A program made the translations under genes and the position numbers. 64,000 nt of DNA from Octopus sinensis (taxonomy: Eukaryota), in the NCBI RefSeq assembly GCF_006345805.1, contig NC_043004.1, positions 65,038,001 through 65,102,000 on the forward strand, in the 5' to 3' direction. This document shows, one piece after another, positions 1-12,408 of this stretch. The notes under the pieces were generated by a model. That model saw nothing but the letters and a program-made list of their open reading frames with translations, was not told the origin of the DNA and searched no databases. Positions within the stretch are counted from its first letter, which is position 1; the number at the start of each line of letters is the position of its first letter.

Positions 1-46
<46 letters not shown>
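1..46. repeat. (CT)n microsatellite
   Basis: Uninterrupted CT dinucleotide run at the window start. Confidence 0.98.
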
Positions 47-49
<3 letters not shown>

Positions 50-539
50 AAAAAAAAATTGTTACTATGACAAGTACAAGACTTGAAATTTAGAAGAGTG
101 TTAGTCGATTACACCGCCTTCGTTATCTGACTAATACTTTATTTTCGCAATCTCGAAAGGTTGCAAGGTCAAGGTTACTTCTCCGGGATTCTAATTTCGA
201 ACATAAAGAACCGCGAAATTAATGTCGCAGCCAATGCATCAGCTTTACACATGTTTCGAGGCACAAGGCCTGAAATTCAAAGATCAATCGATTATAACTT
301 CCACAGTATTTGGCCGGGCTGTAAATTTAAGGAACCCACGAAAAGATGGAAATTAAATTTGGTTTCGGGAGGGTTTGAACTCGGAATGTAAAACAGCAGA
401 AGAAAAGCTGCTTCCAACCACGGCACTTTTGTCAGTGTCAAAATTTACTTTAAGCTAAAATTCTTCAACATCTGACTTTAACTTTCCCGTTTTATCGATT
501 TTCAGGCAATAAAATGAACATCACCAAATTATCATGTGT

Positions 540-847
540 ACATGTGCACGTTTGGGATACATACACACACACACACACACACTCTCTCTCTCTCTCTCTC
601 CCTCTCACACACACACACACACACATGTGTAAGGAATATTTCCTTTTATATATATATATATATGTATCAAGTTGTGTCTTCCTTTTCAAATTTCTACATA
701 TGTATGTATGTATGTATGTATATATATATGTCTCTGCAACATATACACACATATATACATATATACATATATATATACATATATATATACATGCATATAT
801 ACATATATATATATATATGCATACATATATACAGATATGTATGCATG

Positions 848-883
<36 letters not shown>

Positions 884-900
884 TATATGCATGTATTAAT
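540..900. repeat. Compound (CA)/(CT)/(TA)/(TATG) microsatellite block
   Basis: Direct reading; explains the Y/I/H/T-rich ORFs at 492-1041. Confidence 0.95.
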
Positions 901-2261
901 AGCTCAAGTAATATCTATAAATATATGATGCCCATTTGCTATAGCGGAAATCCATTTGTATTGCCTGGAGCGTGTTATAGTATTATACAAGGTTGTCCGA
1001 CCATTCAAACATTAGACATTTTGAAATATACGAACAAATAACTTTGATATTGAAGACAAAAGCACTGAATGTGAACTGCACTTTAACAAAAGAAGATTTT
1101 GATTTCTTTGGAACTTGTATCATCATGATACGAGCCTCTTCAACGTTAAGCGTTTTAAAACATTTCTATTTATTGTGACGAAATATATTACCTCTGAACA
1201 AGTTATGAGGATAGCATTTCTGTGAAAAAGCAAATTAATTTCCTATGACGTCGAAATTAATAGCCTTCGTTACTCTCATTCTAATGTTGGTGTGTTGTAA
1301 TATTTTCCAAATAATATCATAGTGTCTGGTATTGTCATTTGTTAAAGAACATATGTAATTCGGTAAACTTGTGTCAAAATATCTTTGAAGATTTCTGAAA
1401 GTATGTTTATGTTTTCCGAATCGTAAATTTAAAGACTTTTCAGTTAACCATTATAAATCTTAAAAAGCTGCATTATCTCTTGCAAATACTTTCACGCAAT
1501 AAACTATCGATTTTGGAATACAAATTTTTCATCGGACAATTGAAGAAGCTGAATTATTGTACGAACATGAAGAAATAGGTACACATCATAGCCTCAGATT
1601 TTTATTATCAATATCTGATACTTTTATAGCAATATATTGCGCAGAACTTAAATCTAAATTTTTAAAATCTTATTTACGATTTTTCGGTAAACCTTTATCT
1701 ACTGATCTAAAGAAAGTTTAACGATAGTTATACTGGTGTAATGTAGCATTAAACCAAGTAAATTTGCGTTTTCTGTGTTTCGCATGCAAGAAGTATTATA
1801 ATTATAATTATTAATTAGTTAATTTCCTCCTTTTAATCACAATGTTTCAATACTCCATTATCACATGGAAGTCCTTTGATGAAATAGAGGACAGTGCTAT
1901 ACTGACATATGTAATAAGATCATCAACAATTGTGTGTGGATGGTTTGAAGCAGTATTTATATATAGTAAATAAACATTTAGCTTTCGGAATTATGCTTGT
2001 TTTTTTTTTCTACAGTTTACGTAAAATGTAAAATTAGCTATTTGTAAATTTGTATCGATAGTACGTTTTCTTAATCTAACTGTGTGGAATCAATTTTCCT
2101 CACTATATGGAGACAATTAGCTCGATTTTAATTACACATTAAATTATTAAACTGTGTAATAAATGGAAACAATAAAGACTAGTGAACTCCCAAATTTCAG
2201 TAGAGTGTAACCCGTTCAGAGCTATATCAAAACATTTTGCATAATTTTTTCTTTACTCTTA

Positions 2262-2345
2262 AGCAGCGAGCTGGCAGAATCATTGGCACTCCGGAAAAAA
2301 CGTGTAGCGGCAATTTATCCGTCTCCATGTTCAGTGTTCATCTTC
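2262..2345 (+). mobile_element. SINE family B, 5' head only
   Basis: aagcagcgagctggcagaatc matches the A-box-bearing head of intact family B copies (e.g. 39302). Confidence 0.6.
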
Positions 2346-2726
2346 TCCCTAAGTTAACCTGTTAATTTCATATTTTTTTCAGTTTCATTTAAATGAATAA
2401 AAACAATTTTGAAATGTATCAAAATTGAACATTTAATTCTGTTAAAATCTGTTAGTCCTTCCTTTCAATTACACTGGTCTAATTTACGTTGAAAATAGTA
2501 GGATTCGGAAAGTTACGATCATGAGATTAGGGATGAATATAATTGGCATTAAAGCCGAATGTGGGGGACATAGAAAAATCTGGTTCATGATTATTGAGGA
2601 AAAATGCTTCTGATCCCATTCTTATTATATACGTTTCGGTGTCTTGTGATTATTAATTTTGTTTAAAGTCTTTTTTCAGAGTAAAGGTTAAAATCATTGA
2701 CTGACAAATTCTGCATATTATTTCCC

Positions 2727-2765
<39 letters not shown>

Positions 2766-3144
2766 ATTATAATATATATATTATATTATTACATATAAAA
2801 AAGAAGTGAAAACGCCACATATAAGATAATTTTAATATTCTTAGAGATTTTACATGTTTCGAACCTTATCAAAAGTATTTTTAAAAGTTAAGTAAAATAT
2901 TAAAAAATTCATAATTGTTTTTTACTAGTCTCAACAGCGTCCACATGGTTGTGTTTTGTGTATATATCTTTAGTAATATGTAAAGTTAACATCCAAGGAT
3001 CAATGTGTAGGAAGTTGGTAAGTTTCGAGCAGTGCGTAGAAGGTATGAAAAACAAATTTCAGGAACAACAGTGGTTTATTGACATAGAAGGTTGTTATAA
3101 ATTTTTCCCTTATCAAAGTTCGATAAGTTGAAAAAAGTTATTTA

Positions 3145-3159
3145 CCAGCAGATGGCGCT
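3145..3159 (+). promoter_or_regulatory. CTCF-like motif
   Basis: CCAGCAGATGGCGCT fits the core CTCF consensus CCASYAGRKGGCRS; single motif, no functional evidence. Confidence 0.25.
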
Positions 3160-3654
3160 GCTGTGTATGCGAGTATATATATATATATATATATATATTA
3201 TATTATATATATATATATATATATACAGATATACACACACACAAACGCAGTCACAGGTACTTGAAACATCATTCCTAATCCCAATTAGTAATGGTCGTTG
3301 TTCCGGAGTCAGTTGTTTATTGCTTGAAGTGACCTCCCCACCCATGTTCGACAATTGCCAGCGAATAGAAGAGCAGTTAAAATGTTGATATGTACACACG
3401 CATCTATCTATCTATCTATCTATCTATCTGTGATAACGTCCATATTGATCATTTTTTTTTCCTCTCCCCCCCCCATTTTTTTTTTTTTTTTTTAAACCCC
3501 TTATTTTTTCCTCTTTCTCTCCTTTTACGATCCTTTTGATCGAACCTCCCCCTTCTTTTTTTTTTTTTTTTTTTTTTTTAATACCTTCAAAAGAAAAGCT
3601 CTACCTGTAATTTGTTCTATCTGTGTGCAGCCATGTGTGGCTAATAAAGAAACA

Positions 3655-3721
<67 letters not shown>

Positions 3722-3722
3722 A

Positions 3723-3771
<49 letters not shown>

Positions 3772-3989
3772 GTCTGCCTGTCTATTCATAAACACACATA
3801 CGTATATTACACATATGCATGCATGCATCCATAGACATGAATATATATTGTATGTATATACATATACATATGTATATATGTATATATATATGTGTGTGTG
3901 TGCGTGTGTGTATGTGTATGTATGCGTGTTTGTGTGTGTGTGTGTGTGTGTAAATGATACATATATATTAATGTTTATATTCCTGTTCT

Positions 3990-4160
3990 TTGTCTGTGAT
4001 AATATTGTGCCTCTGTATCTCCCGTAACCCAGAGCGGTTCGACAAATACTGCGTGATGAAAATGAAGTCGACTGAAATAAGTACTGGCGCCAATATGATC
4101 GACTAAATCTATTCAAGGACGTACTCCAGCATGGCCGCTGTCTAGTCTATGAAAACCGTA
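3990..4160 (+). mobile_element. SINE family A, degenerate 3' half
   Basis: Contains cgtaacccagagcggttcg and the family tail ctccagcatggccgc. Confidence 0.65.
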
Positions 4161-4224
4161 GAAATATATACATTTGTGTGTAAATATAAATTTATGTACG
4201 TATACGTATATATATATGTATGTA

Positions 4225-4264
<40 letters not shown>

Positions 4265-4415
4265 CATGTTTATATATATGTGTGTGTTGTGTGTGTGTAT
4301 GTGTGTATTTACATATGTATATATACACACAAAATCGATTAAGATGGTACGACTAATACGCTGCACACATTTACACAGCTATAGGGATAGAAAAAATGCG
4401 GCTGTATAAACACAA

Positions 4416-4447
<32 letters not shown>

Positions 4448-4512
4448 GTATATGAACATAAATGTATATGGATATGTGTGCGCATATCTATGTATGTAAA
4501 TATGTATGTATA

Positions 4513-4543
<31 letters not shown>

Positions 4544-5283
4544 GTATTTATATATATATATTATATATATATGTATATAGGCACACACACATGCATACAT
4601 ATACATACATGTAGAAACGGTGTGGGAGATACATCGATTAATTATTATCGCTATTATACTAAAAATCTATAGTCATATATACACATCTAAAAATACATTG
4701 ATGCGTACACATGCTTCTTTCATATACATATATACACACCCAGACACATATATACATCTAAGTATTTCTGCGTATATGAAGATGTGTATGTGTATGTGAG
4801 TGTTCGTGTGAGGCCGTGTGCGTAAATTTCACGTATACATTTAGTCAAATGCTGTTATCGTGTAGATGACAAGATTCAAGAACGCGAAGTCTTCATTATT
4901 CAGTCGAGGAAATAAAAATAGAAATAAATACATAAAATTGAAATGGTACGTACGTATAAAGGAGAAAGTATACTCGTAGACACACTCATGAGCACAGATG
5001 GGCACATACGAGCACCTCTGCCACCACACGTTCATACACAGAGTCACATATACATAAACATTCGCACAGGCATTCAATAGAAAACAACACATTCACCCTC
5101 TTACACGTATGTATGTATATATAAATGCGTGTGTGTATATAATATGTGTGTATATATGTGTGTATGTGTGTGTGTTTGTGTGTGTATTATATGTACACAC
5201 ATTCATACATAGATACGTATAAGTATCAAACACTCGAACAAATCTTTCCAGGGGTTATGTAAGTGGTCCATCCATCAATTCAG

Positions 5284-5323
<40 letters not shown>

Positions 5324-5363
5324 ATCTATCTATCTATCTATCTATCTATATCTATCTACCTAC

Positions 5364-5409
<46 letters not shown>

Positions 5410-5508
5410 GTTTGGTCTGTCTGTCTGCCTGTCTGTCTACATAGAAATTTATATATATATACATATATGTAATTATATATACATGTATATACATATATAT
5501 ATATATAT

Positions 5509-5559
<51 letters not shown>

Positions 5560-6089
5560 GTATATACATACATACATACATTTATATACATACGTACATA
5601 CATATATATATATATCAACACACATATACACGCACTCGTATAAATACTTAGACAGTCTCTGACATTGATACATCGATTACAAAAATAAGGTCGCTGTTTA
5701 CAATGCAACAAAGAAAACGATGTTCTGACGTTTCCGTTGATACAGCTGTCTATCGACTCTACAACCGTTTCCATGGTTACTGCTGCCTTCAGCCTCTTCA
5801 AGAGAATCGCCGGTCACTCCTCCATTTAACTTATTCTAGACCTTCAATGTTGTTATCGATGATGCCGTTATTGTTGTCGTTCTTCTCATTGTTGTTGTTG
5901 TTGTTGTTGCTGTGATTGTTGTTGTTGTTTTTGGTGATGCTGATGCTGCTGCTGGTGCTTCAGTACTTAATGTTGGTTTTGTTATTGATGGCGCACAGAT
6001 AGATATATTTTCTAGAATATCTATTCACACACTCATAATCATCTACAGATAGCGGTACAGTGATTGTTCATATGTTCATATATATATGT

Positions 6090-6135
<46 letters not shown>

Positions 6136-6379
6136 ATATAGCTGTATAGAGATTCAATGTGGATTCGTCCTTTAATTGGAGGTTTCCAAAAAAAGATTTC
6201 TAATGTTGATTCTTCATACTTTGCTGGGAGTTTACAAGCGTAAATTTGTGAAGATATGAAAGTAGTACTTGTATATATACTATGTACGATGAATTAATGG
6301 AATGAGGTTCTATAAACCCCATCAAGTTTATTAAAAATGGAGGAGACAAGGTCTTAAAATTTGTAAGAAGCTTAATTCT

Positions 6380-6470
6380 TACAGACGATCGTTTCGTACA
6401 GAGATAAAAAATATAATATAAATTCATGATTGAATTAAATTAATGAAATATCAACGTACTCTTCAGTGCA
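6380..6470 (-). ncRNA. Type I hammerhead ribozyme motif, intact core
   Basis: Minus strand: UGCA-CUGAAGA-GUAC-[~55 nt AU-rich]-GUAC-GAAA-C-GAUC-GUC/UGUA. Full core, G10.1-C11.1, palindromic stem III ACGAUCGU, GUC cleavage triplet, 4-bp stem I with one G-U. Confidence 0.75.
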
Positions 6471-6522
6471 GGAAGGACAGAATCCATAATACATGGGAGT
6501 TATGTCGGGTATTTAACCACAT

Positions 6523-6560
<38 letters not shown>

Positions 6561-6686
6561 ATGTGGTTAAATACCCGACATAATTCCCATCTATTTCTCA
6601 CACGGATACCAATATGAATCTCCTAGATCCAATTTTTGTGCTATATTTCTTTTTTAAGTCCCTTGTATTATGGATTCTGTCCTTCC

Positions 6687-6776
6687 TGCACTGAAGAGTA
6701 CGTTGATATTTCATTAATTTAATTCAATCATGAATTTATATTATATTTTTATCTCTGTATGAAATGATCGTCTGTA
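6687..6776 (+). ncRNA. Hammerhead motif, mutated twin of 6380-6470
   Basis: Same sequence but GUAU-GAAA-U-GAUC-GUC: two C>T changes, both at CpG sites (C11.1 and C15.2), giving G-U wobbles. Confidence 0.55.
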
Positions 6777-6833
6777 ATATTGAATTAAAACTTCTTACAA
6801 ATAATTTACTTTATAATATACATATAAATATAA

Positions 6834-6865
<32 letters not shown>

Positions 6866-6904
6866 GTATATTTTCAGCTCAACCGACACATAATATATGC
6901 ACAC

Positions 6905-6957
<53 letters not shown>

Positions 6958-7161
6958 ATATATATATAATATATATATATTACGTTTAAATATTTGTAGT
7001 GCAAGATTTTTTTATGTGAAGTCGTGTGTTGAAACAGATATTGTTATATTTCGGAATGGTCATTTTGCCAGTTTAGCCAATAAAAACGCACGCACTATAT
7101 ATTTGGTGTTATTTTGCTTCAGTGTTATTTATTTTTTTTACATTAATCTTAATCTTATTTC

Positions 7162-7205
7162 GACCAGAGTTCTTTCGTCACACTCCTGTGACCGCATCAG
7201 TGGTC
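7162..7205 (-). ncRNA. Hammerhead-like motif in PLE 3' region, variant core
   Basis: Minus strand: GACCA-CUGAUG(CG)-GUCAC-AGGAGU-GUGAC-GAAA-G-AA-CUC/UGGUC. 5-bp stems I and II, but A9 is replaced by CG. Confidence 0.5.
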
Positions 7206-7463
7206 CTTTGTTTTCTTCTTTCTTATTTGTGTCTCTCCTTACTAACCGTCAGCCATTTTGTATTTCTATTGTATGGCTTCATTGCGCATGCTTATATCTC
7301 TACGTGCATCTATGTTAGTTAGTGTGTGTGTGGGGGGGGGTGATGCTGTAATATTTGTATCTTCTGTTTATATACATTTGTGTAATTTGTTTTTGTTATT
7401 TTGTTCATGTGTTTACATCCATTTATTATTATTATTCATTAAGTATGCTTGTATGTATGTATG

Positions 7464-7525
<62 letters not shown>

Positions 7526-7723
7526 TGTATGTATGTTTGTATGTATGTATAACAACAATACTAGTAATAATAATAATAATAATGAATAAATAAAAGTCTT
7601 TTAAATTAAACAAAAAAAACTTATATAGTTATTTATTTCTATTTGTTTACTTATCTGTGTATTTTATTTATTATGTTTTCGGTTTTGTTTATATTGTAAA
7701 CAGTTTATGGGGATCCTCTACCG

Positions 7724-8050
7724 TCATATGTTGTGGTGTGTGCTAGTGTTCCTTTCCAGTTTCCTATTCAGGCTAGGTTTATCTTCTATTATGTGTGTAG
7801 CTTCTGTAATTTGTCTGATTGTTGCATCTGTTCTATGTGTGGACAAGATTTTAACTTCTATGTTGTTGATTGATCCCCCGTGTTCCTGTTCGGCGTGTTA
7901 GTACAGAATCTCTGAGCTTTTACCTTCCTTAAGTTCTCTCCAATGTCCATTTACCCGCTCTCCTATGCTTCGTGCCGTTTCTCCTGTGTATGTCGTTGTC
8001 TTGTTACTGCATCGTCCCTCTATACATCTTATACTATAGACTACATTTCT
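7724..8050 (-). pseudogene. Penelope-type GIY-YIG endonuclease domain, one in-frame stop
   Basis: Manual translation: RNVVYSIRCIEGRCSNKTTTYTGETARSIGERVNGHWRELKEGKSSEILY*HAEQEHGGSINNIEVKILSTHRTDATIRQITEATHIIEDKPSLNRKLERNTSTHHNI*. It has VVY..C, Y-x-GET-x-R, the R..H motif and C-terminal EA-x-HI...P-x-LNR. TAA at 7900-7898. Missing from the ORF track. Confidence 0.85.
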
Positions 8051-8444
8051 GGCTTATATATAGTATGTCTAACTATATGATGTATACAATATTATATTGT
8101 ATATATTCTTACATAAGTACATAAATACAGTATATCCACTTTAAAATGGATGTTGTGTTAGTTATCATGCGAAACAATGATATTGACTTTTAGTGCATAA
8201 AACCACTCTTGTCTATATCGCTAAGTGGACGAAAAATCACCCGCGATAGCCCTGCACCGAGACTACCATATTTCGGTCTTCCCTGGCCTCAGCAATGGTA
8301 GCCGCTCGGGTATTGCTACAGCGTTGTGTTCGATAAGGTATTAATACTACTTCTCTCCCTAATTATTAATTTTGGATACATACGTATACATGTTCACACA
8401 CACACACACACTTGCGCATACAAACATACACACACACATGTATA

Positions 8445-8697
8445 TACGTGGTCTGATGAATAAGTATCCGGACTGTTGCTATAGTAAGGAAGCTAAAGCA
8501 CGGAGAGCGAAGCCGCTTAAGACAGATTGATCTTGATCTCTGCTGTGATTGCACACTAAGTTTTTACGTTCTCGCTTACTTCCGCTTTTTACAGGTGTGA
8601 TCGTCGCGTTGAGCATGACAGAAAGCTGAGCAGAGAATCTGCGTCAAATTTTGCCAAAAGCTTGGAGATACCTGTTCAGAGGCCTAAGCAAAGTTTT
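8445..8697 (+). mobile_element. Mariner 5' end (TIR plus start of transposase)
   Basis: TA followed by cgtggtctgatgaataagtatccggact (mariner-type TIR); ATG at 8615 then, after a frameshift, EQRICVKFCQKLGDTCSEA*AK. Confidence 0.75.
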
Positions 8698-9170
8698 CAA
8701 AAAGTTTTCATCATTCTTGTCACAATCAAGGAGATCTTGTGTAACTTGTCACAATCAAGGAGATCTTGTGTAACTGGAACCCAAGTGAATTTTTGGTCTG
8801 CCGAAAGCAGTTTTGACACAAACTTGGCAGACACGCATCTCATACCCAAATCTTCAGTGATAATGGACTTAACTGAACCGCAACTAATCCGCACAACCTG
8901 TGATAACTCACGGATGGTGATTCGACGAGTTCTCCTCACAGCTGCATATTTTTCTCAGTTCTGCTGATTGCGTGTCTCTCAGAAACTTCGTCACTATCGA
9001 CATTTTTTCGGCCATCTTGGAACGTCTGAACCACTCGTACACTTGTGTGTGTCTCATACACTCCTCTCCATACACTTTCTGCAACTTTGCATAGGCCTCT
9101 GAACAGGTATCGCCATGACAACTTTCTGTCATGGTCAATGCGACGATCACGCACTATGCACGTTCCTTCC
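8698..9170 (-). pseudogene. Mariner transposase N-terminal HTH region, frameshifted
   Basis: GDTCSEAYAKLQKVYGEECMRHTQVYEWFRR and RRITIRELSQVVRISCGSVKSIITEDLGMRCVSAKFVSKLLSADQK are typical mariner bipartite HTH segments preceding the WVPxxL-like linker. Confidence 0.9.
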
Positions 9171-9261
9171 AAATGTAAATAATGTAAATAATGTACATAA
9201 TTCCTCATCTCTTAAATATAGAAATGTAGTAACATTTGTAAAAATTTTACATCTTTTATGT

Positions 9262-9618
9262 TTTCTTTTTACTTGATCCAGTTATTTGACTGTGGCCATG
9301 CTGGAGCATCACCTTGACGTATTTTATACAAACTAATCGATCCCTGAGCTTATTTTCTTAAAGCCTAGTATATATTTTATCGGTCTATTTTGCCTCAGTT
9401 GCCAAGCGGTGGTGGTGGGGCAAACATAATGCTACGCACAGATAGATATATACATGCGATGGGCTTCTTTAAGTTTCCGTTTACTAAATCTACTCACAAG
9501 TCTTTGGTCGGCCCGATAATATAGCAGAAGACACTTGCCCAAGTTTCCATACAGTGGGACTGAACCCCGAACCATGTGGTTCAGAAGCAAGTTCCTTACC
9601 ACACAGCCACGCCTGCGC
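9262..9618 (-). mobile_element. SINE family A, near full length
   Basis: Head gcgcaggcgtggctgtgtggtaag (A box), gggttcagtccc (B-box-like), ccttgggcaagtgtcttct-type core, tail ccagcatggccacagtc. Confidence 0.85.
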
Positions 9619-10922
9619 ACATATATTCCATGTTCATAAATACAAGTGTGTGAGTGTGTTTGCTTCGAAATTACGTTGTTATGTTGCTTTTTTTCTGTCT
9701 ATATCAACCAAGTAGGTATTACCCGATCACTGAGACTTAACATTGTATAAACAAATTTTCACCTCATCTTTTACTGCCTTAATGTAACAAGTTTTCACAT
9801 CTGTATTTAAGAATCTAATCGCACCAATCTCCAGGTCATAGTAATCGGCATGTCACGTGATCTCTGACGTTATGAATGCAATTGTCTGAAAAAATCGGAG
9901 GACTTCCACACTGCGTCTGTAAGTCGAGGTCAGAAAGTTCATGTTAATCTCGACTTGCAGGCATTCTGGAATACTTTCATGTTGCCCTGTAACACATTGC
10001 CACAATGCTGGCTTTAGTATAGACCCCATTAAAAGTGAATAAGTCTCAGGTGAAGATGGTGTTAACCCGGGCGGAATTTTACGTCTGTTGCTAAAAATCC
10101 CATGTATGTCAGTTATGTTCTGTATGTTCGTTAAAGGATGGATTATCGAGAACTTAATTGCGAAATAATTGTTAACGTCAATGTAATAGAGAAACGGAAT
10201 AACAGAATCGAAATAATATAGAAGAAATAGGAATGATATGAATGGGGAAGTAATTAAATGGATGCATAAAAGAATAACAACAACAACAACAACAGCAAAA
10301 GAGTAAGAAAATATATAAACCTTAAGTAGTGGAAACATAAAACTGATGGAATGTCTGCGAAATCGGTGGAAAGGAAAATTCTACAGCGTTGCTGCCAGCT
10401 TTCGATTTTTTTTCTTTTTTACCTGAAATACAGGAAGCACTTAAAGACACACAGACATTTTGGATATCTAAATACTAAGCAAACAAGCAAGTTCTAGGAT
10501 GTTTGCATTCTATATGCTGGCACATACATACGGAAGCGCATGCAGATATAACACTGAAGAACACGTGTGTACTCTATTTGCTGTGATGTGTATATAAGAA
10601 TGTTCGCATGTACAGGTACGTACGATTACATATTTATTGTCGCTTTGTTTACGTTTAAGTACATAAATCCATATACATACATACTCGCGTACATACTTGC
10701 ATACCTACATACATACATACAGACAGACAGACATTCATGCGTATACACACAACAGACACGCATTTGCAGTTACCATCAAATGAAACCAATAACTTAAGCT
10801 TGACGTAGAGCCTCTGTCTGTCTGTCTGTCTGTCTGTGTCTGTGTGTCTGTGTGTGTGTCTGTCTGTCTGTCTGTCTGCCTGCCTGTCTGTATGTCTGTC
10901 TGTTTGTCTGTCTGTCTGTCTA

Positions 10923-10970
<48 letters not shown>

Positions 10971-10999
10971 GATAGATAGATAGATAGATAGATAGATAT

Positions 11000-11031
<32 letters not shown>

Positions 11032-11057
11032 CAGTAGCAGTGAGAAAGCAAAGCCTC

Positions 11058-11368
11058 AAACTAGTATCACGACCAGAATAGAGCTAATTTCTGCGGATGA
11101 TTGCGTTCTGAATGTAAACGTTGAAAGAAATCTTCTACAGACGATGGGCAATTTTGCTACAGCTTGCGATAACTTCGGTTTCACAGTCAACATAAAAAAG
11201 ACCGATCCTTAATGCCTAATTGCTGCCGAAAACCCTTACCCTGAACCACTCATGGCAGTCAACAATCAAACTGTTCCAGCTGTAAAATGATTCGTCTATC
11301 TCGGCAGTACGCTGTCTAGGACTGTTCCTAGTGAGGATGAAGTGAGTGCAAAAACAACAAAACTAAAG
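11058..11368 (+). pseudogene. RTE-clade LINE reverse transcriptase fragment
   Basis: Translation gives ISADDCVLNVNVERNLLQTMGNFATACDNFGFTVNIKKT and, after a frameshift, PYPEPLMAVNNQTVPAVK*FVYLGSTLSRTV, matching the FADD / AC..FGL.I..KKT / F.YLGSTLS pattern of RTE (BovB-like) RTs. Confidence 0.85.
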
Positions 11369-11654
11369 AGAGAGAGAAAGTGAATGTGATTGAGAATCTT
11401 GCTGTCAGTGGATCTCTCCATTACTTTAGCGACATTAGAAGTGAATGCAATAAGAGAGTTGAGAGGCTCGAAAAGATTTTCTTGGAAAATACAGCAGCGT
11501 GTTTCGAAAGGTTAAAATAGGTTCCTGCAGCGGGGTGGGGGAGAAATTGGAGAAATTGGCGAATTCTAGGACTAGATTTAAGAAGCAATGCCTGAAAGTA
11601 ATAGAAATAACTCTACCTGAATCGCTTGATTTAGAACCTATTTAGGATGATGCT

Positions 11655-11733
11655 AAGGAGGCCTAGCTACAAGAATCTTTAACTAGGAAGCCTAGCTACA
11701 ACACTATTTAGATTCTTGTAGCTAGGCCTCCTT
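11655..11733. repeat. Perfect 24-bp inverted repeat with 31-nt spacer
   Basis: aaggaggcctagctacaagaatct (11655-11678) versus agattcttgtagctaggcctcctt (11710-11733). Confidence 0.95.
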
Positions 11734-11796
11734 CAACGGGAAACTACACACATTAAAAGAAACTGGACAAATAACAGCCTATTTAATTGATTTAAC

Positions 11797-12320
11797 ACTA
11801 GCAGTATCGCCCGACGTTGCTCGGGTTTGTAAGGGAAATAACTATATAAGCATTTTTAGAGAGTTACTTCCTTTATAGATGCCAATTCGGGCTTTCTTAG
11901 CCATTTCTGTCTTGGTGTCTTCAAGCCATGAAGTCGTTGTTCTAAAAGAACGCTGGTCTCCTTGACAACGCTTTACGACGTTGATTTCCTTACACTCCCT
12001 TCTCCACAGCTTCACGGGGGAGGGAAGAAGGGGGAGAAGCAAACAGGTGCAGGTGTGACCATGGACGCCAACTCCGCCGACATCGACACACGATAAATTA
12101 TGCATTAAAATGGAATAAAAAATGATGTTAAATTATTTTTAAAATCGTAGACTCATTGTAGACGCGCGCTAATAGCCAGACGGGCTTTGATATTAATCAC
12201 GACTATAAGATACCCGAATTTGGTTAAACTGCACCGCAAAATGTGGGAGGAGTTAGGAATCTAAATCGTAGGAGACAGACACTCACACAACTACAGTTTT
12301 ATATATATATATATATAGAT
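11797..12320 (+). mobile_element. Non-autonomous Helitron/Helentron-like element
   Basis: Starts actagcagtatcgcccgacgttgctcggg (ACTAG plus short hairpin) and ends ggaggagttagg...gacagacactcacac...ttttatatatatagat, the layout of Lep1/DINE-1-like elements; no TSD. Confidence 0.55.
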
Positions 12321-12408
12321 ATAGATTAACGGAATTTCCATAACTACCAAAATCACGGAATTTCCATAACTACCAAAATCAAATATAACAAAAACTTTAA
12401 TATTATTT

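Larger units (their letters stand above)
6358..6802. repeat. Fold-back (inverted duplication) centred on a (TA)n tract, Penelope-like terminal sequence
   Basis: 6379-6524 is the reverse complement of 6559-6590 plus 6665-6777; the right arm carries an extra 74 bp (6591-6664); TA tract at 6525-6558; looser match extends to about 6358/6802. Confidence 0.9.
6970..8060 (-). mobile_element. 5'-truncated Penelope-like element (PLE)
   Basis: GIY-YIG reading frame at 8050-7724 followed on the same strand by an AT-rich 3' region with a hammerhead-like motif; interrupted by (TATG)n/(AAT)n at about 7445-7585. Confidence 0.75.

Noticed and set aside
2949-3131. Peptide ICKVNIQGSMCRK resembling a laminin-EGF fragment, with a gtaagt donor nearby
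   Set aside because: Only a partial cysteine pattern, a weak acceptor and no neighbouring matching exons; consistent with chance.
8263-8301. Hammerhead-like CUACCA-UUGCUGA-GG..CC-GAAAUA-UGGUAG on the minus strand
   Set aside because: Two core substitutions and no stem III; at most a decayed remnant.
9853-10338. 161-aa minus-strand ORF in non-microsatellite sequence
   Set aside because: No recognisable domain; the N-terminal half is low-complexity and AT-rich; no convincing splice-site pair; the plus-strand AG..GT candidates here are closed in all frames.
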